From Bdellovibrionales bacterium (GTDB lineage: Bacteria > Bdellovibrionota > UBA1018), in NCBI GenBank assembly GCA_947380295.1, contig CANCQK010000009.1:37460-101459 (forward strand): a stretch of DNA of 64,000 nt, given 5' to 3'. The notes below the pieces were generated by a model. That model worked only from the letters and a program-made list of their open reading frames with translations, was not told the origin of the DNA and made no database searches. The first letter of the stretch is position 1, and every line of letters starts with the position of its first letter. The translations under genes were made by a program, and so were the position numbers. Below, one piece after another: positions 55,255 through 64,000 of this stretch.

Positions 55255-58200
55255 GTGGACGCTTTTTGTTTTAGGAATGGCTCTGACCATTCCTCAGGTA
55301 AATAGCGGTTTTTTTTCTGTTCATTCGGCATGGGCTGCTTCTCCCTATTCGAAAAGTGAGCTCTATAGTACTGAGAAAGGCAACGAAGGAAAGATTCGAG
55401 CTCTTCGCGATGAAGAAATTGAACAACTCCGGATTGCACTCGGTCGCAGGTTGCCTGCCAATCGCCAAGCAGATATCTACTTTAGATTAGCCGAAGCCTA
55501 TCTTGAGGCTTATCGAAGCACATTCTTACTCGAGGGGCGGGCCCATGAAGCTAGACTCGAGAAGGGCATGACAGACCCAATTATTAATCGCGAGAGCTCG
55601 AGACCGTTTTTACATCGAGGAATTGAAGCGTGTGAGGAAGTTTTAAAGTTCAAAATTCGTTATGAAAAAATGGACTCCATTTATTACTTTTTGGGGTTTT
55701 ACTATGGGGAGCTGAATCAGCAGAAGGATGGAATTCCTTATTATAATAGGTTGATTGCAGAATTTCCAAAGAGTCCATTTTTAGGCGTATCTCACAAGGA
55801 AATTGGCGAATTTGAGTATAGTAATTCACAATTTCGTCAAGCTCTGCCTCATCTTGAAGTCGCGATGTCTATGGCAAGACCCGACCAAGTACCGGCAATC
55901 TTAAAAAAGATTGCCTGGTGTCATTATCGAATGAAAGATTTTGATCAAGCCATCTCCAAGATGAAGGATGTAGTGTCTCGAAGTAATGAAGACCTCAAGA
56001 AATTTGAGCCTGTGAAAATGCAGGCATTAAAGGATCTTGCCGTATTTCTTACGGAGCGTGGCCGAGTCAACGAAGCGCTCAAGTATTTTGAAGCAGAGTC
56101 TGGTGACAAGGCCTTCTATTCTAAACTTTTGGACAAACTCGGTGATCAGTATGCAGACTCGGTTGAGTATGATCAGGCCGAGTTGGTGTACGATACGATT
56201 ATCAAGACGAGCGAAGACAGTGATTCAGCTCTAAAGGCCTTTGCAAAGCTAGTTGAAATCGATATTAAGAAAAATCGATTTGATGCAGTTTTGAATCGCA
56301 TTAAAAGCTTTCCAAAGTTTGAAGTGAAGGGAAAGGACGCTCAAAACGCCCTTCAAAATCTTCGCGCATCGTTTCGAAAAATTGCAGTAGATCATCATCA
56401 AAGTTTTCGGAAAAAAGGCACTAAAAATGATCTCGTAACAGCTAGGCAATTCTATCAAGCCTATTTGGATCATTTCCTGAAATTTGAGGACGCTCATCAC
56501 GAGGCTCCGGAAATTCAAATGTACTTAGCCGAAGTGTACCGAGATCTGGGGCAGCATCAAGAAGCTGTCGAAATGTACCGGCAAGTGATTGCTTCAAAAG
56601 ATGCTCGTTACTCTAAACAAGCAGCAGCTCTCTGGGCCGGTGGACTAGCTGAACTCTTGAAAAAATCGACTGCTCAGGCGGGTGCAGTGGAGCCGTCATC
56701 TCTAGAAAAAGAGTTTGTCACCGCCTCTGATCAGCTCCGAATCACTCAGGGCGATACAGTCGAAGGTCGAGAAACTGCTCTACGCGTGGCAAAGGTATTA
56801 GCTGGTTATAAGTCGTCTCGACCCGAAGCGGTTCAACGCATCCAGGAGCTGATCCACCGGGCTCCTAGCTCTAAAGAGGCAGTGACGGCCGCCCAGCTCT
56901 GGCTCCAAATCTATATGGATCATCCTCGCGAGGAGACGCTCCCTGGTTCTCTGGGCGAGGTTGTTTCCTCGATCAAGTCGCAGCCTGAGCTCCTCAAGGC
57001 GGATCATCAGTTCAATAAAGGCCAAATTCATGCGACTCTGGAACAGCAAGATCTCAAGTCGAAAGTGGATCACATTGCCCAGCAAGAAAAAACCCAGGAC
57101 TTTTTAGGTGCAGGGCAGAGTTACGAAAAATTTGCAGCCGAAACTCAAGATCGCACCATTGCTGAGAAGGCTTTTACTAATGCGGTGAACTCCTATTTGA
57201 AGGCTCCGGATACCAAAGCGGCTCTGTCTCAGGTGATTGAAGCTTGGCTTCATCGTTATCCAGCAAGTCCGAAGGCGGTTGAACCGCTGCGAAGTATCGC
57301 AACTCATGCGATCATTGTGGGTGACTTGGATTTCTCAGTTTCAATTTTTAAAAAATTAGGAACAGAATTTAAAGAGGCTGAGTCGCTTGAGACGGCGGCC
57401 CGTGTGAGTCAAGCGATGGGCCAGGATCAACAAGCTCAGGCTCTTTGGGTGGAGCATTTAAATCGCTATCCTAGTTCTGCTCGCAAACCCGAAATTCAGT
57501 TGAATTTAGCACGTTCGCTAGAAAAATCAGGTTCAGATGGAGAGGCGAGTCGCTCCTATCGTGCCTGTGCCACCAGCGGGCATTATGTTGCTGCGGAATG
57601 CCAGGCGCGGCTAGCCGATCTTTACTTGAAAGGTCAAGACGTCGCCAAAGCGAAGGAACTCTACCGTGAGTTGGCTGGAGTCTCGGCACCTTCTAAAAAA
57701 GGGAAGGGACCGAAGAAAAAAAGTGCTCCGACGGCTCAATCCCCCTTTGTTGGGTATGCGAGGTATCAGCTCGCCGATCTGATGGAGAAAGAGGCCAGTT
57801 TTGAGCCGATGAAGTTTCCAGAGGCCCAGCTCAAAAAAGGACTTAATCAACGATTGACCTTCTTGGCGCCTCTCAGTCAGGCCTATCAAGGGGCGGTCGA
57901 GGTGGGCGGGCCTTGGGGGATTGCGGCTTTGCATCGACTCGCCCTTTGGGCGACTCAATTCGCAGATGAGGTTGACGCAATTGAAGCCCCTTCGACTCTT
58001 CAGGGTGCTGCACTTGACCGATTTAAGAAACAATTGCTCTCCGTTTCTCAGCCTTTGAGAGAAAAAGCTAAGTCAACTTGGAGTGACGCCTATGCTAAGG
58101 CTGCTTCGGGTCTTTTATTGAGTCCGGTGCTTCCTGAAATTGCAGATCGATTGGCTGACTTCAAGGCTGGCTTACCCGGAAGAGCGCAAGGATCGCGGGG

Positions 58201-58888
58201 TGGGTTTGTGCTCTCTGGTCTTCCGGCGGATGGCGGAACTGAGGGGAGTGTCGCGGCTTTGAGTCGAGTGAGATCGGGTCTGCTAAAAGACGCAAAGGAT
58301 GCGGGACTGTGGTTGGATTATGGAAATTTATTCTGGGGTGAGGGTAAGCCCCTTTTGGCTAAAATCGCCTACCAGCGTTCTCTAGCTCTGAGGTCAAAAA
58401 ATGCGGCCGCACTGAATAATTTGGCCGTGGTTCTCATGGTCAGTGAGGGTGAAGAGGATTGGATTGCTTCCAGCGAGGCTGCCGCAAGTCTTGAAGAGGC
58501 TCTGAAGGTCGATGATTTCTTTGTGGCGGCCAAAAGTAATCTGGCGAGTCTGATGAATTATTATCGCCTCTTTTCTCGAGCCAAGCTCCTTTGGGATCAG
58601 GTTCGAGTGCGTCATGCTGGCGGAGCTGCTGATTTCGGATTAGCAGTCGCGCTTCAGGGTCTGACGCAGTATGGACAGGCCGAATCTCTGTTTCAGAAGT
58701 CTTCAGGGGAGATGAGTCATTCTGCGCTGGTCGCATACCATCAGGCTGCCCAAGAATCTTTGAAGGGGGCGGCCGGAGCTGAAGAGTGTGGTTCGCTGTT
58801 GCGCAAGATGGATGAAAACGCGTTTCAAGGGTTCGAGAAAAACTCAGTTTCTTATCTGATGAAAAGGTGTGAAGCGTGGAGAAGATGA
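55220..58888 (+). CDS. very large TPR-repeat protein (GltD/AgmU-like)
   Basis: It is about 1220 aa. The signal peptide is MFLPWNPNARARWTLFVLGMALTIPQVNSGFFSVHSAWA, and TPR-like repeats run throughout. Confidence 0.55.
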   Translation: MFLPWNPNARARWTLFVLGMALTIPQVNSGFFSVHSAWAASPYSKSELYSTEKGNEGKIRALRDEEIEQLRIALGRRLPANRQADIYFRLAEAYLEAYRSTFLLEGRAHEARLEKGMTDPIINRESSRPFLHRGIEACEEVLKFKIRYEKMDSIYYFLGFYYGELNQQKDGIPYYNRLIAEFPKSPFLGVSHKEIGEFEYSNSQFRQALPHLEVAMSMARPDQVPAILKKIAWCHYRMKDFDQAISKMKDVVSRSNEDLKKFEPVKMQALKDLAVFLTERGRVNEALKYFEAESGDKAFYSKLLDKLGDQYADSVEYDQAELVYDTIIKTSEDSDSALKAFAKLVEIDIKKNRFDAVLNRIKSFPKFEVKGKDAQNALQNLRASFRKIAVDHHQSFRKKGTKNDLVTARQFYQAYLDHFLKFEDAHHEAPEIQMYLAEVYRDLGQHQEAVEMYRQVIASKDARYSKQAAALWAGGLAELLKKSTAQAGAVEPSSLEKEFVTASDQLRITQGDTVEGRETALRVAKVLAGYKSSRPEAVQRIQELIHRAPSSKEAVTAAQLWLQIYMDHPREETLPGSLGEVVSSIKSQPELLKADHQFNKGQIHATLEQQDLKSKVDHIAQQEKTQDFLGAGQSYEKFAAETQDRTIAEKAFTNAVNSYLKAPDTKAALSQVIEAWLHRYPASPKAVEPLRSIATHAIIVGDLDFSVSIFKKLGTEFKEAESLETAARVSQAMGQDQQAQALWVEHLNRYPSSARKPEIQLNLARSLEKSGSDGEASRSYRACATSGHYVAAECQARLADLYLKGQDVAKAKELYRELAGVSAPSKKGKGPKKKSAPTAQSPFVGYARYQLADLMEKEASFEPMKFPEAQLKKGLNQRLTFLAPLSQAYQGAVEVGGPWGIAALHRLALWATQFADEVDAIEAPSTLQGAALDRFKKQLLSVSQPLREKAKSTWSDAYAKAASGLLLSPVLPEIADRLADFKAGLPGRAQGSRGGFVLSGLPADGGTEGSVAALSRVRSGLLKDAKDAGLWLDYGNLFWGEGKPLLAKIAYQRSLALRSKNAAALNNLAVVLMVSEGEEDWIASSEAAASLEEALKVDDFFVAAKSNLASLMNYYRLFSRAKLLWDQVRVRHAGGAADFGLAVALQGLTQYGQAESLFQKSSGEMSHSALVAYHQAAQESLKGAAGAEECGSLLRKMDENAFQGFEKNSVSYLMKRCEAWRR

Positions 58889-59175
58889 AGGGAAAGTCGT
58901 TTAAGTCCGTGTTGATCGTAGGACCTCTTATTTTCCTGGGGATTGGTTCGCTGACGTTGAGTCAGGCCAAGGAGCAGGAGAGCGAAAAGGTTTCTCGGAC
59001 AGTTGCTGAGAAGAAGACAGTTTATGATTTTGATGCCCTTCAGATTGAGGGTGAGCTGAAAAGTCCGGGCGAATTTTATTTTCAGGTCAAACCCGAAGAA
59101 AAAATGGACTCGTTGATCAAGCGGAGAAAGAATTTTCATCGTCAGATGCTTCGCGACGTGATGTTTAGTAAATAA
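58876..59175 (+). CDS. small secreted protein of the Glt-like cluster
   Basis: 99 aa with a signal peptide. It overlaps the upstream stop by 13 nt. Confidence 0.4.
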   Translation: MEKMKGKSFKSVLIVGPLIFLGIGSLTLSQAKEQESEKVSRTVAEKKTVYDFDALQIEGELKSPGEFYFQVKPEEKMDSLIKRRKNFHRQMLRDVMFSK

Positions 59176-59206
59176 GTTCTGAGGGTGAAAGAGTGAGGGG
59201 ACTCCT

Positions 59207-61321
59207 ATGAATCAGAAGTCGACTGATGTAAATTCTGAGAAGCGCCGACCCGGCCTTGGTCCTGAAGGGACTGAGCCAAAAACGATTCTTGTACTTCGGT
59301 TGCTGTCCTCAAACCCACAAGAGCCGGAGCGGGTTCTTAAATTTGACAAAGAGCGCATTGTACTGGGCTCGGTAGTTTCGGCGGACGTTCGCCTGACAGG
59401 CGATGGAATTTCTCCGATTCACGCAGTCTTAGAGCTGAGAAAAAAATCTCCGGGTGAGGGCAAGGAAAACCCAGTAGGTGGGGTGATTTTTGATCTGGCG
59501 AGCTTGTCGGGTGTTTTTGTAAATGGCAAAAAAGTAGTGACCCAGTCCCTTCATGACCAAGACAAGATCACTCTCGGACGTTATCATTTAAAGTATTCAT
59601 TAGAAATCTACTCACCCGAGCCAGCAAAAAAGAGTCAGTCCGATCGGACTCGAGTCACTGAGGGTCGGCTCCTTTTCTTAGATCCAAAAGAAGACTTGCA
59701 GCCTCTTCTGCTCCAGGATGAGCGAGAGATCGAAGAGATTTTCGATTTTCGCCCCACCTCTAAGCGAGCCTTAGAAGTAGTGATGTCTTGGTACGGTTCC
59801 ATTCTTGATGTTGAGCACTTTGTTCATGAGAAAAAAGTGACCGTCGGAAATACGAGCGACAACGATTTTTCGATTCCACCGCTGTTGTCCTCTGCTCAGT
59901 TTCCAATGGTCATGAAAAGTCGAGGTGAAGGCTTTGTTCTGAACATCGATTCTCAGATGAAGGGAGTGATCCAGCAAAATGGCCAGCTCAGTAATCTAGA
60001 TGAGGTCCGTGGGCATGCTTCTCGCGGAACGCACGGATACGAGGTCCCCCTTGGTAGTAATGACTTTGCTAAGATTGCTATTGGCGAAGTCGATTTCTAT
60101 TTCAGTTACACGGCCGCACCACCTCGGTTGAAGCGTCGACGAATTATAGAAAAAGACGCCTTTTTTAACAAAGTTTTTGTCATCTCGATGACGATGACCG
60201 CTGCTCTCTTATTTACCTTGTTTAAAGTGCAGCTCCCTCAAAATGTCGAAGTCGAACAAATGCCTGAAAGAATTGCTACTATTTTGTATGAGCCTGAAAA
60301 ATTCATGAAAAAACCTGAGGTCCCAAAGCCAAAGCCGAAGGCACCTGAGCCAGATAAAAAAGCCGAAGCTCCAAAATTAGTAGAGCAAAAAAAGCCCCCA
60401 GTCAAACTCGAGCCAAAGGCAGTCGACCTGAAAAAGCCGGCTCCGAAAATGATCTCGGCCTCGAGTCAGGTGAAGGCTGTTCAAGCTCAAGCTAAACCAA
60501 AACCAGCACAACCCAATCGACCTGCGCCAAAGGCAGAAGGTAAAGAAGGCGAGGGGGCACGGGCCAAGGGGACAGAGGGTACCCGGGGCGAGCTGAACCA
60601 GAAGAAAACGAATATCAAAGCAAATGAACTCTCTCGGCCCACGCCAAATGGGGGAGCTTCAGGAGCCAATACGACCAGCGAAGGGAATGAAGACGGTAAT
60701 ATTGATCTTCTCAAGGGAGCAGGCGGTGCAATTGGAAACTTGCTTTCGAGCAGTACCACTCACTTAGGAAAGGGTGGCACACAGGTTAAGGGATTTGGTA
60801 ATCGCAGCACCGGTGGTTCAGGTGGTCTTGCGCTCTCTGGAAATGGTCAGGGCGGAGGAGGAACTGCTGATACCACTTTAGGGGGCCTTGGTAAAAAAGG
60901 GACCGGCGGAGGGCGAGTAGGAACTGGAAAAGGCGCAGCTGGGAGTGGTGAAGGTCTCATTGGCGCGCATTCGAAAGTTGAACTCAGAACAGATGGACCT
61001 TTCTCCGACGCAGGCGCATCGGGTAATTACGACCTGAGCGGTGTGATGAGAGCGATTAAAGAGCACTACGATGAGTTTAAACTTTGCTATAATCAAGAGC
61101 TCAATGCCGAGGCGCCTAGCTTGAAGGGTGAGATTCTGGCTGAGTGGACGATTGGAGCTAGTGGACGGGTCTCGGCAGCGGGAGTGAAGCGATCTTCATT
61201 GCACAACTCTGCTGTTGAGGGCTGTGTGATTAAAGTGCTCAAGCGAATTCAGTTTCCTCCTGTCGAAGGTGGCGGGGAACTCGGATTTACTTTTCCATTC
61301 GAGTTTAATTCGAACCATTAA
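59207..61321 (+). CDS. FHA-domain, single-TM protein with a TonB-C/AgmX-PglI-type C-terminal domain (GltG/PglI-like)
   Basis: It has an N-terminal FHA domain (...RIVLGSVVSADVRLTGDGISPIHAVLEL...GVFVNGKKV...), a TM helix, a Pro/Lys/Ala-rich linker and a Gly-rich linker, and a C-terminal TonB-C-like domain (...GEILAEWTIGASGRV...VLKRIQFPP...). Confidence 0.6.
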   Translation: MNQKSTDVNSEKRRPGLGPEGTEPKTILVLRLLSSNPQEPERVLKFDKERIVLGSVVSADVRLTGDGISPIHAVLELRKKSPGEGKENPVGGVIFDLASLSGVFVNGKKVVTQSLHDQDKITLGRYHLKYSLEIYSPEPAKKSQSDRTRVTEGRLLFLDPKEDLQPLLLQDEREIEEIFDFRPTSKRALEVVMSWYGSILDVEHFVHEKKVTVGNTSDNDFSIPPLLSSAQFPMVMKSRGEGFVLNIDSQMKGVIQQNGQLSNLDEVRGHASRGTHGYEVPLGSNDFAKIAIGEVDFYFSYTAAPPRLKRRRIIEKDAFFNKVFVISMTMTAALLFTLFKVQLPQNVEVEQMPERIATILYEPEKFMKKPEVPKPKPKAPEPDKKAEAPKLVEQKKPPVKLEPKAVDLKKPAPKMISASSQVKAVQAQAKPKPAQPNRPAPKAEGKEGEGARAKGTEGTRGELNQKKTNIKANELSRPTPNGGASGANTTSEGNEDGNIDLLKGAGGAIGNLLSSSTTHLGKGGTQVKGFGNRSTGGSGGLALSGNGQGGGGTADTTLGGLGKKGTGGGRVGTGKGAAGSGEGLIGAHSKVELRTDGPFSDAGASGNYDLSGVMRAIKEHYDEFKLCYNQELNAEAPSLKGEILAEWTIGASGRVSAAGVKRSSLHNSAVEGCVIKVLKRIQFPPVEGGGELGFTFPFEFNSNH

Positions 61322-61338
61322 ATCAGGGATAACGCATC

Positions 61339-61854
61339 ATGAAACGATCTGAACCTGTTCTCTATTTTCTTGCCGGACTCCTTGCTAGTGGAGTTGTGTA
61401 TTTTGGGGGAGTGAAATTTTTGGCACTTCAAGCAGCCAAAAAACCGCAAATGGCAGAACAGGGCTTCAGGAGATTTCTTCAAAATTCGCTTCCTGCTCTT
61501 GCTCCTAAGGCTCGAATTATACTGGATTCTGGAGTGCCTATTCGAGTTCATGCGGCATTCGGGCCCGAATGGGAGCTGAATACCAAGGCTCCTTCGTGGA
61601 TGGCGCTTTTTGAAAAGGGAGAGGGAAAATCGGAATACTCTCAGGTTTTAGAGGTCCCCCAGGACAGCATTCTCAAAAATGATTTTACCTTGGGTGAGCT
61701 CAATCTGGGTCGGAAATACCTCCTGCAAGGCAGTCTTTATCAGTGTAAGACAGGGGATCATGGGGTTTGCTCTCTCAAAAGTTACTCTTACGAGCTTGAA
61801 CCAAATCCTCCCGTGAATGGTGGTCCCGAGCGCAGAGTAGTTGATCTCAATTGA
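61339..61854 (+). CDS. small membrane/secreted protein of the Glt-like cluster
   Basis: 171 aa with an N-terminal TM. Confidence 0.4.
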   Translation: MKRSEPVLYFLAGLLASGVVYFGGVKFLALQAAKKPQMAEQGFRRFLQNSLPALAPKARIILDSGVPIRVHAAFGPEWELNTKAPSWMALFEKGEGKSEYSQVLEVPQDSILKNDFTLGELNLGRKYLLQGSLYQCKTGDHGVCSLKSYSYELEPNPPVNGGPERRVVDLN

Positions 61855-61911
61855 AATGAAAAAAGAGGGACAAGTATTTTTGTACCTGTCCCTCGGTGAA
61901 TCAGACTGAGT

Positions 61912-63975
61912 TTACTCAGCCGTGAGTTCGTTCGCTGTAGTCTGAACCTTTGGATGACTGGCGTTTTTGCTTCCCAGCATTAAACTCGCCATGAAGGCTG
62001 CTAAGACATTGCCTGAAGTTCCTTCTTGCCCACCTCCTTGAATCAGAATCTCAGGAGTGATCTTGATTCCGCCGTTAGAGACTTGCCTCATGACTTCGAT
62101 CGTCGAGAGTGAGTTTTGTCCAATCGCACGGACTTGAAGCTCATAGGACTCAGCAGTTGCCTGACCGATGGCTCGGATTTTTTCGCCTTCGGCCGATCCG
62201 ACTGCTGCAATACCAGCTGCGATTCCCTCTTGTTCCAGTCGAGTCGATTGACTTCGTCCTTCGGCAAGAATGATGGATTGTTGCTTTTGCTGGGCCGCAA
62301 TTTGGACGTCAATCTCAGCCTTGACTAAGTTGGGTTGAAGATTAGCCTGAGCCTTAATCTTCTCCATCTCGCGACGTCGGCCTTCGGCCTCTTGCTGGGC
62401 GTCATACATGGACATCTGCTGAGTTGCGACGACTTTGTCTGTCATGGTTTGCATCAATCGTTCTGGCAATTTAATTTGACAGATGAGCACGCTGACACAT
62501 TCCACATGATACTTTCGAAGTTCGTCTATCACGTGTTGTTCAGCCTTTGCTTGCTCCACGTGGCGGTCTTGCATGAATTTCATTGCTTCAGTCGAAGAGG
62601 CCTGATTTCTGAACGAGCTATCGATCAGCGGGTGAATCACATGCTCAACCAAGTTCTCAATAGTTCCAATGCGGGCAACCATGTGAGGAGCCTGTTCGGG
62701 TTGAACTCTGAGAATCACTTTAACTTCAACGGTCATCTCGAAACCATCATGCGAAACAATCGCTAATGGATCAAAAACACGCGGGGAGTTCTTATGAAGT
62801 TTTTCATCCGCCCAGTCAATCGTAATATTGGTGGTGGGAATGATATGAGACGTAAACGCGAGCTTATTGAGATAGTAAGTTCCCGGTCCTAGGACTTCCT
62901 TTTGAATCCCTCGATAGCCCGCAGGGACTACATAGCGCTCCACTCCCTTCAGCGTTTCAGAGTTCTCTGCACTCTGATAGGCCGTGGTTAGACACTCAAT
63001 CACGGGATCCTTACCAATATTCGAAACAATCGCCGCGACCTCTCCTCGTTGTACGCTCAGTACGTCATCTAGAACTACCGTGAACATCAATGGATTGATG
63101 TAATAAGTTCCTGGTCGAAGAAAGTCCAGCTGAGGACCTCGTTGCCCGCCTCTCACTAGAAAGCCTGCACCATCCTGAAAGTCAGAATGCCCGGGAACAG
63201 GTCGTGAAATATACTCAGTCGATGCCAGGGTGGCGCCGTCGTTCGCAGTGACTAGCCCTACTTTTTTAGTAGGAATCACAGTTGCTTCCTTGATCTGGAC
63301 CTGAAAAAGCTTCGGGTGAATTCGGTATCTCCCAGGTAAAAGAATCTCGAGTTGCGGACCCTTTTCGCCGCCCTTTTCAAGAAAGGCTTGAGCATTTTGA
63401 AAACAGTTGTGACCCTCGATTTTTTTGGCGAGAAGACGACCCGATTCAATAGATCCGCCATCTGTTGCGATCAACACGCCAATTTGATTATTTTCAATAT
63501 TCACGACTGGAACAGTCTGAACTCGAAAGAGATACGGGTTGATTCGGTAGATTCCAGGAGGAAGGACTTCTAGCTGAGAACCCTTTTCTCCTTGGTTTTT
63601 AAGGAACATTTCACCATCCTGAAACAGATTGTGGCCATCGACCGCGCGAGAAAAAATCCGCCCATTAGGGACCGGGACGCCATCGATTGCATCGATCAGG
63701 CCGATTTCATTTTCTTCAATGACAAGCAGAGGTTGTTTCAGTACCTTAAAAAGAAAGGGTGTTAAAAAGTGAAGTCCTGGCCCGAGGATTTTCGCGTTGA
63801 TGCCGACTTCACCTGAGAGTGCGACGACGCGCCCTTCAGGCATAGGTTTGCCGAGCCATCGGCGCTCGAGAATGGCAATCTCTTGTCCTCCGACAATGAC
63901 GATGCTGTTGAACAAAAGACCAATGCCAATTGCTGCAAGTGTGAATACGATTAACGGGAATGAAAGTTCGAACAT
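61912..63975 (-). CDS. SPFH/band-7 flotillin-like protein with five tandem N-terminal ~90-aa repeats
   Basis: It has an N-terminal TM, five modules each ending in a G/P-P-G-x-Y/H-x-[IL]-x-P-x-L-F motif, an SPFH domain and a flotillin-type EA-rich coiled coil. The RBS is aaggag. Confidence 0.75.
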   Translation of the reverse strand: MFELSFPLIVFTLAAIGIGLLFNSIVIVGGQEIAILERRWLGKPMPEGRVVALSGEVGINAKILGPGLHFLTPFLFKVLKQPLLVIEENEIGLIDAIDGVPVPNGRIFSRAVDGHNLFQDGEMFLKNQGEKGSQLEVLPPGIYRINPYLFRVQTVPVVNIENNQIGVLIATDGGSIESGRLLAKKIEGHNCFQNAQAFLEKGGEKGPQLEILLPGRYRIHPKLFQVQIKEATVIPTKKVGLVTANDGATLASTEYISRPVPGHSDFQDGAGFLVRGGQRGPQLDFLRPGTYYINPLMFTVVLDDVLSVQRGEVAAIVSNIGKDPVIECLTTAYQSAENSETLKGVERYVVPAGYRGIQKEVLGPGTYYLNKLAFTSHIIPTTNITIDWADEKLHKNSPRVFDPLAIVSHDGFEMTVEVKVILRVQPEQAPHMVARIGTIENLVEHVIHPLIDSSFRNQASSTEAMKFMQDRHVEQAKAEQHVIDELRKYHVECVSVLICQIKLPERLMQTMTDKVVATQQMSMYDAQQEAEGRRREMEKIKAQANLQPNLVKAEIDVQIAAQQKQQSIILAEGRSQSTRLEQEGIAAGIAAVGSAEGEKIRAIGQATAESYELQVRAIGQNSLSTIEVMRQVSNGGIKITPEILIQGGGQEGTSGNVLAAFMASLMLGSKNASHPKVQTTANELTAE

Positions 63976-64000
63976 AGTTGAACTCCTTTTTTAATGAGAC

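Overview
The window looks like a chromosomal segment of a Gram-negative, roughly 50% GC bacterium, most plausibly Bdellovibrio-like (Bdellovibrionota). That call rests on a Myxococcus Glt-type gliding-motility gene cluster, many secreted proteins and lipoproteins, and a TonB-dependent receptor. Most of the window is densely packed housekeeping and accessory genes on both strands. Recognisable genes include uvrA, an ABC-F ATPase, a YebC-family regulator, rpmF, a DEAD-box helicase, a motA/motB-like pair, aat, otsA, two GH15 hydrolases, polyprenyl synthase with a UbiA-family prenyltransferase, an acyl-CoA dehydrogenase, an OsmC protein, a maleylacetoacetate isomerase with an FAH-family hydrolase, HU, LOG, a B12-binding radical-SAM protein, acnA, uppP, htpX and a flotillin-like protein. 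I found no rRNA, no convincing tRNA and no CRISPR array.

The most striking content is a eukaryote-like glycosphingolipid gene set at 6191-11789. It combines a DEGS1-type dihydroceramide delta-4 desaturase, a UGCG-type (GT21) ceramide glucosyltransferase and a GH1 beta-glucosidase, with an ABC-F ATPase interposed between the desaturase and the glucosyltransferase. I am not aware of this combination being described as a bacterial system.

Other notable items are: (1) a tnpB (IS200/IS605 family) gene with an in-frame internal deletion that removes the RuvC-I/II region but keeps the N-terminus, zinc finger and RuvC-III; (2) a REP-associated tyrosine transposase (RAYT, IS200-like) gene next to a 24-bp tandem repeat; (3) two copies of a TGTCTA-N5-TAGACA palindrome flanking the uvrA start; (4) several unusual repeat proteins (a CF...LC cysteine-repeat protein, an (AGQK)n tail protein, and a flotillin with five tandem N-terminal modules); and (5) a few structured intergenic regions.

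Every call comes from reading the sequence and remembering family signatures. No database search was run.
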